DNA from: Felis catus
Taxonomy: Eukaryota
Length of the DNA: 64,000 nucleotides
Reading direction: 5' to 3'
Assembly (NCBI RefSeq): GCF_018350175.1
Contig: NC_058368.1
Span: 186,001-250,000, forward strand
The translations under genes and the position numbers were made by a program. A model generated the notes under the pieces. The model was not told where the DNA came from, made no database searches, and worked only from the letters and a program-made list of their open reading frames with translations. This document shows, one piece after another, positions 36,989 through 49,640 of the stretch (positions are counted from its first letter, which is position 1; the number at the start of each line of letters is the position of its first letter).

Positions 36989-37745
36989 ATGTGCACGTGC
37001 GCGTGTGTGTATACCACATCTTTTTTATACATTCATCAGACAATTAACATTTTGGGTCTTTCCATAATTTGGCTATTGTTGACAGCACTGCTATAAACAT
37101 TGGGGTGCATGTGCCCCTTTGAAACATAATTTTTGTATCCTTTGGATAAATTCCTAGTAGTGCAATTGATGGGTCATAAGGTAGTTCTATTTTTAATTTT
37201 TTGAGGAACTTCCATACTGTTTTCCATAATGGCTGCACCAGTTTGCATTCCTACCAACAGTGCAATAGGGTTCCCCTTTCTCCACATCCTTGTCAATATC
37301 TGTTGTTTGCCAAGTGGTTAATTTTAGCCTTTGTGACCAGTGAGAGGTGGTATTTCATTGTGGTTTTGATTTCTATTTCTCTGATGATGAGTGATGTTGA
37401 GCATCTTCTCCTATGTCTCTTAGCCATCTGGATGCTTCTTTGTAAAAATGTCTGTTCATGTCTTCTGCCCATTTCTTAACTGGGTTTTTTTTTGGGGGGT
37501 GTTGAGTTTTATAAGTTCTTTATAAATTTTGGATACTAACCCTTTATCATATATGTCATTTGCAAAAATCTTCTCCCATTCCATAGGCTGCCTTTTAGTT
37601 TTGCTGATTGTTTCTTCCACTGTGTAGAAGCTTTTTATCTTGATGAAGTCCCAATAGTTCATGTTTGCTTTTGTTTCCCTTGCCTTTGGTGACATGCCTA
37701 GTAAGAAGTTGCCCCTGCTGAGGTCAAGGAATTTGCTGCCTGGGT
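36720..37745 (-). mobile_element. L1 ORF2 C-terminus/3'UTR fragment with (TG)n
   Basis: [23 protein letters not shown] and YWDFIKIKSF on the minus strand. Confidence 0.9.
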
Positions 37746-37949
37746 TTGACCTATTAGCTTTTTGAACTTCGATGTTTCACTCTTTCCCCCAAGGAAGTTT
37801 TCAGCTATTATTTCTTTAAATAAATGTTCTGCTCTCTTCTCCCTCTCTTCTCCTTCTGGAATCCCAATTATTCAAATGTTTGCCTTTTTGATTGAGTCTC
37901 ATTGATCACACAGGTTTTGTGGGGGAAGGCATTTGCTCATTCTTATCCT

Positions 37950-38165
37950 TTTTTAAAATTTACTTACTTACTTATAGAAAGAGAGGGAAAGAGAGTATGA
38001 TCAGGGGAGGAGCAGAGAAGGAGGGGGAGAGAGAGAATCCCAATCAGTTCCTGCACTGTCACGGTAGAGCCTGATGAGGGGCTCAATCTCATGAACCATG
38101 AGAATATGACCTGAGTCAAAATCAAGAATCAGATACTTAACCGACTGAGTCACCCAGGCACCCCT
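37950..38165 (-). mobile_element. CAN-SINE within old L1
   Basis: Reverse SINE ending ccgactgagtcacccaggcacccc. Confidence 0.88.
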
Positions 38166-38410
38166 CATCCTTATTCTTTTCTCTTCTTTTTCTTGTGTGT
38201 TATTTCAAAATTTCTTCTTCCAAGTCACTTATTCTATCTTCCATCTGCTCTACTCTACCTCAGAGGCTCTCTACTGCATTCTTCATCTCATTCATTGAAT
38301 TCTTCAGCCTCAGGATTTCTGTTTGGTTTTTTAATGGTTATTTAATCTCTTTTGTAAAGAGTTCATTTTGTTCATGTATCTTTTTCCTAATCTCATTGCG
38401 CTGTATTTCT

Positions 38411-41400
38411 TTTTTTTAGGTTAATCATTTAATGTATTAACATTTTCACTTCTAAACATACAATTTGCATATACAGGAAAAAATAGGTTCTGTGGGCACT
38501 AGAGAACATGAGAGGAAAGCAATCAGAAAATCAATTCTGGGGGAGGTGGGAAATAGAACTGCATTCTGTGGCTGTGTCTACATAAACTTGGGAAGGAGAA
38601 AGAAAAATGAAACAGGATTGTAACTGATGTAGAAAATAAACTTGGGCCGTTCATTTCAACTGTAGGAACTTCTTCTTATGATCCAGGTCTTGGGTCCAGG
38701 TCTGGCCTGTTTCAGGATGATCATCTGAAACACAGCCACTGGTCTTTCCCTTCTCTTTACAATCTAGGATCCTGAAGTTCACTCCAGTAACTAAAAAAAC
38801 CAATCAGCTTGGCATGTGTGCAATGTCAGTGGCCAACTTCTTCCAGGCACATTATATTGAAGTACACATGAAAGTGAAATGCTTACTCACACCTGAACAA
38901 GTTTCTTCCACCTCAACTAACTTCTTGATTTAGGATTACCTAAATTGAGGTGATTACAAAGCTGGCATCTACAGAAATTGGATCAAGGAAATGAAATCTC
39001 TCAGCCCATCTTTATACCTACTATGCATTTCCTATCAGCATCAAGTCACCGGCAACACTGAATTTCCAGGTTCAACTATGTCTGCCCAATAGGGCTGGTC
39101 AACAGAGTGCACACACGTGTGCCCAAGACTCAGTTCATACCTCTCCCTTCCGTCAGAGGGGGACTCTGCTTCCCAGGCATTTCAGTGACATAACTAAGTA
39201 CTCTGTGGTTCCAATAACTCCAAGTTCAAAATTAATACCCTAATGCCACATTAAACACTGTTTAATATTTTGTTAGTAAAGTATACAGCTCTAATAATGA
39301 CTATCATATAAACAAAGCCATTCTTACTCTACAGGATGTAAAATCATTAAAGCAACATTTTTTACCATCAAAACCAATATTGTCACACAGCACATCTGGC
39401 AATTTTCCAACATCTCAAATATCCCAAAGGATGATAGTCAAGTGCACATCCTTTCAACTAGAAACAGACTCTACAGTGTCAGTAAGTTCAGCAGAACTGC
39501 CCAGGAAAACAGACCTGACTGTGGTCACCATCAGGGTCATTTGGCATATGGCTTCATATGGAGATCTCTTTAAGTCTGCTCAGAGATGGAGTCAGTTGAC
39601 CTATAAAATTGGCCACAGAAAATAAAAACAGAATTTGTGCTAGTAGGGAATGTATTTTGGGATGTTGGGTCAGGAACTATTACTGTGCTAAACTGCCTTG
39701 GTAGAAGTACATTGTTTAAAGCCTGTGGGACAGAAGACCGAACTAATTATGGGCTTTACAAATTCGCATAAGGAAATAACAGAAGTGCAGGATTATTGGT
39801 TTTCTAGAGTTTCACACATAGCTGGGGCTCAAAATTACATGGTTTAAGCTCCTATATCAGGAATAAAAACAAAGCCCGTGTCCTGGTCAAGTTTAGTAAT
39901 ATCTTGACAGAAGGCCATTCATGTCCTTAGGCATCATTTCCCATCTATAACCTGAGTCTCCCCCACAGCCATGGTTCCAAGGGCCCCCACTATGCCACCA
40001 CCAGGGCTCCATGAACCCCAGTGCTTGGGGGAGAGTGACAGTGCCCCAGTCCTGCACAAAGCAGGACACATGCTCTTCAGAAGGACAGAAGAGAGGAAAA
40101 GAGCACCCTCTGCACAGTGCAATCTCTAGAGGCCTGACACAGTAACACTATAACTATGGCCCTCATTCCATTTCCTCACCACTCTTTTAATATCACTTTC
40201 TCAACAAGTAGAAAAAAAAGCTATAAGTAGGCTGATGTGGCAACAAAAATACTCAAAGCAGACACTAAAAACATAGGGTCATCTCTGAATAAAGCACATC
40301 TACCTCCACATACTTGAAACTGTTTTGCGTTCTTCAAGTTTTAAAGGATAAAACTTTGAGGCTCAAGCCAATTCCTAATGTGGGATATTTTCCAAGATCG
40401 CTACCAAAAAACAAAGAATAAAATGAAGAAGCATCATTCTAAGAGGAGGCAGGGCAGGGGCTGCGGGGAGGGGGGCTGACCCTCCCCCATCATCCTGAGT
40501 AGTCAGCCTTGCTGGCCCCAGACGTCCTGGGGATACCACCCCACTGCCTCAGGGAAGTTCCTGGTTGCTTACCATCCCACAACTCCTGAAGTTACATGCA
40601 GCCAGCTCTGATCCGAGATTTCAAAGTTCAATGTTCAACAGAAAGAAGCTGTAGTCCTCCTTGCCATACCACTCACACATGTGTCACCATATATTAACAG
40701 AACACTAAATTATCCCTTAAGCATTATACCTAACTCTGAAAAGAAAATGCCATTCTAAACAGGTGTAGCCAAAATAAGGTATTCCAAGAGTTCTAGAAAG
40801 AAACTCCTGGAACGAGCCAGTGCCCCAGAGAGTCCATGTTTTAGCTAAACATAAGTCAGAAGCCTTCTCTACAGTACGTGTATGGATTAGTTAGAACTAT
40901 GATGTCATCACTTTCAAAAGAACAATTAAACTATTATTAAAAACATTTATCACCAACAGAAATGCCCTGCAAATTATATTATTGCACACAGGGTATCAGA
41001 AGCTATGCACATCCAGATCTGAAGGACTCTAGAAGACCCAGACCAGAGAGCCTAAGGCCATGCCTGTGGCAGCTCTGGCCACCATGTCCAGTGCCAGATC
41101 ACTGTCACTGTCTCGATACCACTCCCGAATGATGACTTGGTTGGCAGGCTGTTGTCCATAAAGTCCTTCATGTGGGTACTGGCAGGATACAGAACAATAG
41201 ATAGCTTGAGTTCCTGAAGGCTATGCACCACTGTATGGACCATAGCCATATGCCTCAGAGGTTGGTGTCCCATAGGCTGTGTGAGGAGGAGAGGAAGAAG
41301 TCACGGCTGTCTTATCATACAGGATTTCTGAGCCAACATAAGCTGTGTTTGTCCTGGAATCCTGGAGTGTAAATTTCCAGGCCAAACAATCCTCTGTGCT

Positions 41401-41737
41401 TTCTGCACAAAGATGCATGGTTTTCCCATCTCAGCAAACAATCTTCAGCGTACAGTCTTTTGGTTTCCCATCTGGAGGCTGAGTATCCTGACACTCATGC
41501 CCCATGCAGATGTTGATAAAGTCCACTGGCATGTGGACCTTGTCTTCAACACTTTGCCAAGTTTAGTTATCATAATAGATCAGGTAACATCTGACCACAG
41601 GTCAAACCAATTCTTCTCCCAATGCTTCAAAATGGTACTCTGTCGCAGCAACCATCCGCTCTTTACAAACACCATCTTTCTACCTGCAAACTATCCGGCT
41701 GCAGCTGCGGAGCATTGAAGCAGGGCTGGGCCATCGA
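38411..41737 (-). pseudogene. PLEKHB2: PLEKHB2 (evectin-2) processed pseudogene, full-length cDNA copy; CDS remnant 41675->41029
   Basis: MVFVKSGWLLRQSTILKHWEKNWFDLWSD..LCAESTEDCLAWKFTLQDSRTNTAYVGS..GMALGSLVWVF*, intronless, with frameshifts and stops; ~2.6-kb 3'UTR, ATTAAA (38428-38433), poly-A remnant, TSD gctgtatttct at 38400-38410 and 41738-41748. Confidence 0.95.
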
Positions 41738-41748
41738 GCTGTATTTCT

Positions 41749-43020
41749 AAGTTTTCTTATAGCCTGTTGAATTTCTTCAATACACTATTTTGAATTATTT
41801 ATTAGCTAGATCTTTATTAAAGTGTCTTTGGACTCGATTGTTAGAGAATTATTGGTATCTTTTGGCAATGGCTTGCTTTCTAGATTTTTAAAGTTCCTTG
41901 TATTTCTGCATTGCTGCTTTCACATTGAAGTATCTTTACTGGTTATATTCAGATGGGGTACTGTTCCTTGGTGTTGCTTTTCTGAGGTTTCCTAGGCTTA
42001 TTATGGATAAACGTGTTCCACTTCCTTTGATCTCTTTTGTGGCCAAATCCTTAAACTTTGTGTTTTTTTTTCTTCTTCCTATAATTCATCAGGCTGGCTG
42101 CAGGAAACCTCTCTCTTGTTTTCCAAGAGGTGGCACTATAACTCTAGTTTGTGGTTTTTACTTTGCCCACAGGTAGTGGTCCATTTTTCCTAAGAAAATC
42201 CAATTACCCAACGTATTTTCACTGCCACACTCAAGAGTGCATACAGACAGCTGGCCAAACAATGGGGGGAGACGTGGATTTAGCACTCAGGGCATTGGGT
42301 GTGCCTGTGGACTTGACGGAGAGATCCTCAAGTGCAGTTTTCCTGTGGAGGACTTCCTGCTGAAGTTCTGAAACAGACAGCAGGAACCAAGTTCCTTTAA
42401 TACCTTTTGGTATTTAAGATATTTCCTTCCTTTTCTCCCTCTCCCAAGTCATAAGGGTCCTACCTCAGAAATCAGGGTACTTCTGAAGATAAAAATGGGT
42501 TTTCTCCAGCTGCAACCCCCACAACTGGGATACCCAGGGATTCATTCCCTGCTTTCCACCTCCTCCACAGAAGGACAGCTTAGCCCTGTGCAGTGTCATC
42601 CTGGGGAGGAGAGTGGCTCTGAAGTTCTTGCCTCTCCTCTGCATCCAAACTCATCTCTATCTTGCTTGAATCTCCCCCTCAGACAGGCTGTACCTCCACA
42701 AATTCTGTCTCACCGGTGAGTATCTGCCCAGGTCAGCACTTTCCAGGTTTCCCCATGCCCCACCCCTGCCCCACTTTGGTGAGTGAGGGTGGGGAAGTTT
42801 CCCTGACTCCCTTGGATCTGCAACCCTTGCTGAAGTCTTCTTTGTTTATTTTTCAATGCATAGGTGGGCAGGAGTCCTCCCAGGTCCTTTGGCATAGATG
42901 TTGAGGGTTTTGAGTTCATAGTGATTATCTACTTAGTTGCTTAAAAGGGGGAAAGAAAAGAAAAATGACTTACACTGCCATAATGCTGACATCATTCCAG
43001 ATGTCCCTCTTTCTATAGAT
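41749..43020 (-). mobile_element. Old L1 ORF1/5' region, continuing 37745-38399 across the PLEKHB2 insertion
   Basis: Antisense L1-like sequence resumes directly after the TSD. Confidence 0.55.
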
Positions 43021-44030
43021 GACTTTCATGACCAGGGTTCAAAGCAGCAAGGTCAGAACTTACTCTTACACAGCACTCTGTCTGGGTCAGATTGCTGTGC
43101 GTTGTCCTTCTTGATTCCAGCCCTATGCCCCTATCCTGCCCTGGAGTTTCAGCACCTCCGCACATGCCTACAGTTGCGCGTATTAGGCAGTGTGCAACCG
43201 TAGGACATGTATTGACATTGGGTGTATGAGTGCACCCCCTAGGTTGGGCACCAAAAACCTGCACTCAAGAGTACACGAACCCTGGAGCTCTACCATCATC
43301 TCACAGGCTTGGTTTGGGAATGCCACACAATGTCAGCTTTCAAGAATGTGAGCATATGTGCGTAACACAAACTCTCAGGAAAATGCTTCCTTTTTATATA
43401 GGAAAAAATTCTCCTTAAAAAGTAATTTCAAGTCTTACCTAGTTATTATGTGGAAAGTGGTATACAAAACCTGAGGAACAATAAAAAATTTTCTTACAAT
43501 CTTGAACTGTTACCAGTGAGTCCTTTTTGCATGGTAGAAAAAGTATGCATTCACCTGCAATGTTGTCTTGGGCATGCAAACCTCCTGGGAGTCCATATAG
43601 AACCCCAGAGAAGAGTAAGGTGAAGCTCCTGACAGCTTGGTATGAGGAACCTTAATTACAACTTCCCCAAGACCTTTTTGGAGAGACTTTTAACTTAAAG
43701 CTTGTCAGAGATGAAACTCCAGCATCTTTTTCTGTTCTTCCCATTAGATTTCTCAGCTTTCTTCATTCCTTTCATCTCCTTTGGCTGTCATCTACATAAG
43801 TGGAAACTGGCTTCTACCCAGTGAATTTCAAGCCAAAAGACACAGATATCTTCACCACCCAGCCCTAACCCCCACATGTGCCCCAGGCTGGAACACAGAG
43901 GGAGTGAAATGACTTCTTCATAACAGTCCTTTACAGTCAGAAGGGTTTTCTTCCTCCAAATACAAGATCTTCCCTTATCCATCAGTTATATAGAATCACC
44001 ATGAAATTAGATGGGTTTTTTGATAAAATT

Positions 44031-44479
44031 AAAAAAAATTTAACGTTTATTCATTTTTTAAATTTTTTTTTTCAACGTTTATTTATTTTTGGGACAGAGC
44101 GAGACAGAGCATGAACGGGGGAGGGGCAGAGAGAGAGGGAGACACAGAATCAGAAACAGGCTCCAGGCTCCGAGCCATCAGCCCAGAGCCCGAAGCGGGG
44201 CTCGAACTCACGGACCGCGAAATCGTGACCTGGCTGAAGTCGGACGCTTAACCAACTGCGCCACCCAGGCGCCCCAAACGTTTATTCATTTTTGAGAGGC
44301 AGAGAGAGACAGAGCATGAGTGGGGAAGGGGCAGAGAGAGGGAGACACAGAATCCAAAACAGGCTCCAGAGTCTGAGCTGTCTGCACAGAGCCCGGCATG
44401 GGGCTTGAACTCACGAGCTGTGAGATCATGATCTGAGCCAAAGTCAGACACACAACCGACTGAGCCACCCAGGCACCCC
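44031..44479 (-). mobile_element. CAN-SINE containing a second, younger CAN-SINE (44059-44276)
   Basis: Outer TSD tgataaaatt (44021, 44480); inner TSD aacgtttattcattttt (44042-44058, 44277-44293). Confidence 0.93.
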
Positions 44480-44649
44480 TGATAAAATTTATAGAATCAA
44501 GTTTAGAATCAAGTCTTGCTTTGAAAGAGTGCATGCCTTTCCCCCCAAAACAGTATTTAAAGTCAGTTCAAAAATGCAGTACACAATTCTAAAACAACTG
44601 AGTTCAAGGGTTACAATGTTGGCATTGCAGAATGAAGGATTTGAAGGGC

Positions 44650-44875
44650 ATTGTGGTCCTCAACTTGAGCCATGTTTCAGGGTGACCTGTGGAGCTTTAG
44701 GAATATATTGATACTTGAGCCCAGATTCTAGAAGATTCTGACTCAAGAGGTCTGGGAATGCCATGCAAGTATCTGTTTATCCACCTATTGATCTATTGTC
44801 TATCTATCTATCTATCATCTATTTGCTTAAGTGATTCTGTTGCATCACCAAGACTGAAAATCACTGGACTAGAAC
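44650..44875. mobile_element. MER5-like DNA transposon remnant
   Basis: ggtcctcaacttg..agattctgactca..gtgattctg..gactgaaaatcactggacta. Confidence 0.5.
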
Positions 44876-46367
44876 TTTGGAATAATTTATTGACCTAAAG
44901 ATGTGAATCAATGAAACTGGGTGACCATAAGTTACCTTTGAAAAGAAAGCAAAGTAAATTTGAATACAATGAGTTAAAATAAGCCTTGCAAACAACTAAA
45001 TCATTTGTTTCTCATTAAGCATCTTCCTCTGCTTCAGGAATCCTTGGCTGAAATGTGGACAGTGGGTAGTCATTTATCTTTTTCTACTTCCAAGGAAATT
45101 GCTTTCTCCCTTTTACAGACACACAAGAAAAGCTCCACAAGCTCCTGGATCAGCTCTCTTATGTTCACACCTTTATTGACAATGCTGTATTATAATTGTT
45201 TATCCCACATACTCCCTCCTGTAATTTTAATCTGTTTCCTCCAGTTCTATCCTCAGTGGAGTCTAAAAGCAGGCATTGAGCATCTTCCTACATACAAGAC
45301 CCCATGTGTCAACTGAAATGTGCTGAAACTTGCCCAGCCACTGTCAGCCTCTTCCTGCCAGATTCAGTATGCCAGTTTCAGGAAAGTTTTCTTTTGTTCA
45401 GGCAGTCCAAAAGAGGCTTTAAAATGTTGGGTTTCAGGAGCCTGGGACTTGAAAAGTAGTGACAATATTTTAGAATATTTTAGCCCTTTAAAGTATCTAA
45501 GCACATATACATTAATTCTATCTGATCCTCTCAAGAAACCTGTTGAATAAGGCTGGTTTTACTATTTTAATTTTATTGTTGGGAAATCTAGGACTCAGAG
45601 AGGCTAAGCAATTTGCCTGGTGTTACACAGCCGGTGCCCAACAATGCCAAGGCATCAACCCAGGCATTCTAACTCTAAAGTCAGTCTGCTTTCTCCACCC
45701 TTTAAAATCTGTTCCAGGCCATGGATTTATGACTCTGAGCTTGTCATCAGCTGCCACAACTCTGGAACTCTGAAGACCTCGGCCATTTATTCACGCCCTT
45801 TAGTCTCACACACTGTGGAACCCAAAGGGGATGCCTGTTCTCTGCTTCCAGAACTGAAGCCCTAGACGGAAGGCATGAAGGAAATCAAAAAGAAATTCCC
45901 TTGTAATTCTATGGCCAAATAAGCTAATCTCAGGTCTCAACTTCAAGTGACTGCAAGGCTGTATACCGTCTGGCCTGGGTTGCCCCTCTGACTTCAGTCT
46001 ATTTCTGCTCCTCCTTCCCTCTCTCTATGCTGGGTAAATGTAAATGAAATGTATTTATTTTGGAGAGCTTTATTTATTTATTTATTTGTCCTTAAGCAGA
46101 CCTAGGATGGAGGATATGGCCCCATGAACTCTTCTGTTAAGAATGTTGGGGCATTCTGCTGTCCTAAACCTGAATGTCCTTCCATTGCTCAATGTGCACC
46201 ATGCTCAGAGTACAGGGCCCTCCCCCAGGGCAGTGAGGTGTAGTGTGTATCAAACCCCATCCTCTACCTGTTCTGGGACAGGCAGCTCCATAGTGAAGAG
46301 GACAGCTCCAACCTCTGACAGACATTGCTGATCCTGAGGGAGATATCTCAGCGATGCAAATTCAGAA

Positions 46368-46578
46368 TGAGCCTGGGTGGCTTAGTTGGTTAAGCAACCA
46401 ACTTCGGCCCAGGTCACGATCTCACAGTTTGTGAGTTCAAGCCCCGCATCGGACTCTGTGCTGACACACACAGCCTGGAGCCTACTTTGGATTCTATGTT
46501 TCCCCCTCTCTCTACCCCTCCCCTGCTCACAATCTGTGTCTCTCTATCAATAATAAATAAACGTTAAAAAAAATTTTT
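46368..46578 (+). mobile_element. CAN-SINE
   Basis: gcctgggtggcttagttggttaagc..aataaataaacgttaaaa. Confidence 0.9.
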
Positions 46579-48513
46579 ACAAAGAATGCACATAAGACAT
46601 AAATGACAGTAGTCTGCAAGAGATCCAAGATGATGTCAATAGTTGAAACATCAGCAATCTCTTCTCATCTGTCACCAAGCCTGTTAAGTTCTTGCATGAA
46701 GAACTTGGAGGTCAAAGATCGCCTTCATCTTGTCACCAGGTACCAACATTCATCCCACCTGGCTGATGTTCCGGGGATAGAGCAGTGGAGGGCTGCCACT
46801 TCACACCCCACAACTCCTCCTCTGACTCTAGACAGAGTGGGTGGCTGATTGGTGTTCATCTTATAGGAAATAGCCTTGCCAACTGTAACATAAGCTCCTT
46901 TCCCAGGCAGGTGGGCTGTGAATCTGGATCACTGAGGAGTAAGGTTTTTCCGTGAGAAGCCTGCTTTTACTAGACAAGTTTTCACATGATAAGTGGCAGT
47001 TCTGAGAAGCTCTGGTGGCTCTAGACTCTAGAGCAATTCATAAATTTTAATAACCTTGCCTTACTTCAGCTGAAAATTAGATATAAAGAAAGTGGTCTGG
47101 GATCAAGCTGTAAGCCCCAGCATGGACACAGAACTCATATATAGGTCAGGCATCCTCTTCTCTTTCCCTAGAGCTGCCCTAGCCAGGAAGCCCTTTGGCA
47201 GTCTCTGTGGGAACACCAAGGCTTAAAGGACTATACCACAGAAAAGAGCTTCATGTATTCACAGTTGTTGGATAGTGCTGTGTTTCTTTCATTATGCAAA
47301 GTGCTGAAATGCAAAATGCTGGTCCTCCAGGTGCTCAGCATCCAGCACAGGATGTGTCTCATCCCATACATCTCCTCTCTCCCCAATTCCTGAAGTACCC
47401 ACATCAGGTTTTGAAGCCTCTATCCCTCTTAATCCCCACAGAGTCCAAGGTAAGGATGAACTTTAAGCCATGGGGTTGCCTGTGTTCTCCTGAGAAATGC
47501 AAGAAACGTGGCTTCCGACATCAAACTGATGCTGGGTCAACTTGGCAGGCCCAGCAACTCTGGCAGCCATTGTGTTTAATATAAAACAAGACCCTGTTTC
47601 CAGAAGCCTTCTCTGTCTCAGAAGCAAAACAACAGGAAACCTGCTCCTATAAGCTGAAATGAAATAAATATGCTTATAGGAGGGCAGAGTATTTTAATAA
47701 AATCATGTCTACCTGGTAACATTCTATAACCCAGATGTTAGAAGCACTGCAAGGCAGCTTTCAGCCAACAGTATACAGACGTCCTAGTGTCCTCACTCAC
47801 TTCCAGGAAGGCAGGATGTAAGGAGGGGAGGCAGACCACAGGGATGTGGCCTGTGACTGCCTGCCCCAAATCCTCTGCCAATGGCCTTCCCTTCCTGGAT
47901 CCTACCTAGCATTGTCAGGATAGGGAAAACCCCTGAGGAATATGGCCCATCCTCAACAGGGCACTTCAAAGTGGTGCTCCAATCAGAACATGGTGCCCCT
48001 CTGCATGAGAAGCATTCTCCAAATTGTGTCCAATCAATACACCTATCTGCATGAGCCCCACCCCCAGCTGTCTGGTTGTGGCTTTTGTAGGCAGATTTGC
48101 CTCTTGGCACATTCAAGACAAGTTTGTGTTTATGGGGTGGGTGAACACATTTGATTTTGCCTCTTTGATGCTGAAAGTAACAAGATGGATGGGAACTGTG
48201 AGCATGCCTATGATCAGGAATGTAAACTGGAGATGTGATTGCTGCCTGCATTGTTCCCCAAATTGGATATACAGTGTTGGCTTCATGTGTATGTTTTTTT
48301 TTATTATTGTTGCTGCTGTTTTCAGGAAAAATGGGTCCACGTTTCATTAAGGCTTAAATATAGCAAGTAGCTCCAAAATGATTTCAAGCCACTGCATGAA
48401 AACAATGGTAGGAGACCCTGGACACACACTCTTGCACAGTCCACCTCCCAGGTGGTTTCTGAGACAAAGACAAGGCAGAGATGTGGGATAGATCAAATTA
48501 CATAGAAAGAAGT

Positions 48514-49593
48514 GGAAGAAGCACAGAAAAATGGAAAAACATTCCATGCTTATGGATCAGAAGAACAAATATTGTTAAAATGTCGATACTACCTAAAGCA
48601 ATCTACACATTCAATGCAATCCCTAAAATATAACACCAGCATTCTTCACCAAGCAATAACAAACAATTCTAAAATGTGTATGGAACTGCAAAACATCTGA
48701 ATAGCCAAAGCAATCCTGAAAAAGAAAACCAAAGCTGGACGCATCACAGTTCCAGACTCCAATCTGTATTATAAAGCCGTAATCAGAGGTGTCTGGGTGG
48801 CTCAGTAGGTTAAATGTTTGACTTCAGCTTGGGTCATGATCTCATGGTTCGTGAGTTTGAACCCCACATTGGGGTCTGTGCTGACAGCTTGGAGCATGGA
48901 GCCTGCTTTGGATTCTGTGGTCTGCCCTTCCCGCCTGCCCCCCCCCCCAAAAACAAATAAACATTGAACAAATTTTAAGCTGTAATCATCAAGACACTAT
49001 GGTACTGGCACAAAAACATACACATAGATCAATGGAACAGATATAGAACCCAGAAATGGACCCACAAACGTATGGCCAACTAATCTTCAACAAAGCAGGA
49101 AAGAATATCCAATGGAAAAAAGACAGTCTCTTTAGCAAATGGTGTTGAAAAAACTGGACAGCAACATGCAGAATAATGAACCTACACCACTTTCTTACAC
49201 CACACACAAAAATAAACTCAAAATTAGTGAAAGACCTAAATGTAAGACAGGAAGCCATCAAAATCCTACAGGAGAGAACAGGCATCAATCTTTTTGACCT
49301 TGGCTGCAGCACCTTCTTACCAGACATGTCTCTGGAGAAAAGGGAAACAAAAGCAAAAATGAACTGTTGGGACCTCATCAAGACAAAAAGCATCTGCACA
49401 GCAAATGAAACAATCAACAAAACTAAAAGTAAACCAATGGAATGGGAGAAGATATTTGCTAATTACACGTCTGATAAAGGTTTAGTATTCAAAATCTATT
49501 AAGAATTTATCAAACTCAACACCCCAAAAAACAAATAATCCGGTGAAGAAATGGGCAAAAGACATGGACACTTTTATTTTTTTAATTTATGTA

Positions 49594-49640
<47 letters not shown>

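Noticed and set aside
31892..37745. Active full-length L1 or twin-primed inversion
   Set aside because: ORF1 and ORF2 have stops, frameshifts and SINE insertions. The minus-strand piece faces the + piece tail-to-tail without poly-A, which is not twin-priming geometry; more likely two elements joined by deletion.
41029..41675. Functional PLEKHB2 retrogene
   Set aside because: Early frameshift after WFDLWSD, several stops and an internal deletion.
47793..48347. 184-aa minus-strand ORF
   Set aside because: No recognisable domain or supporting gene structure; likely a chance ORF.
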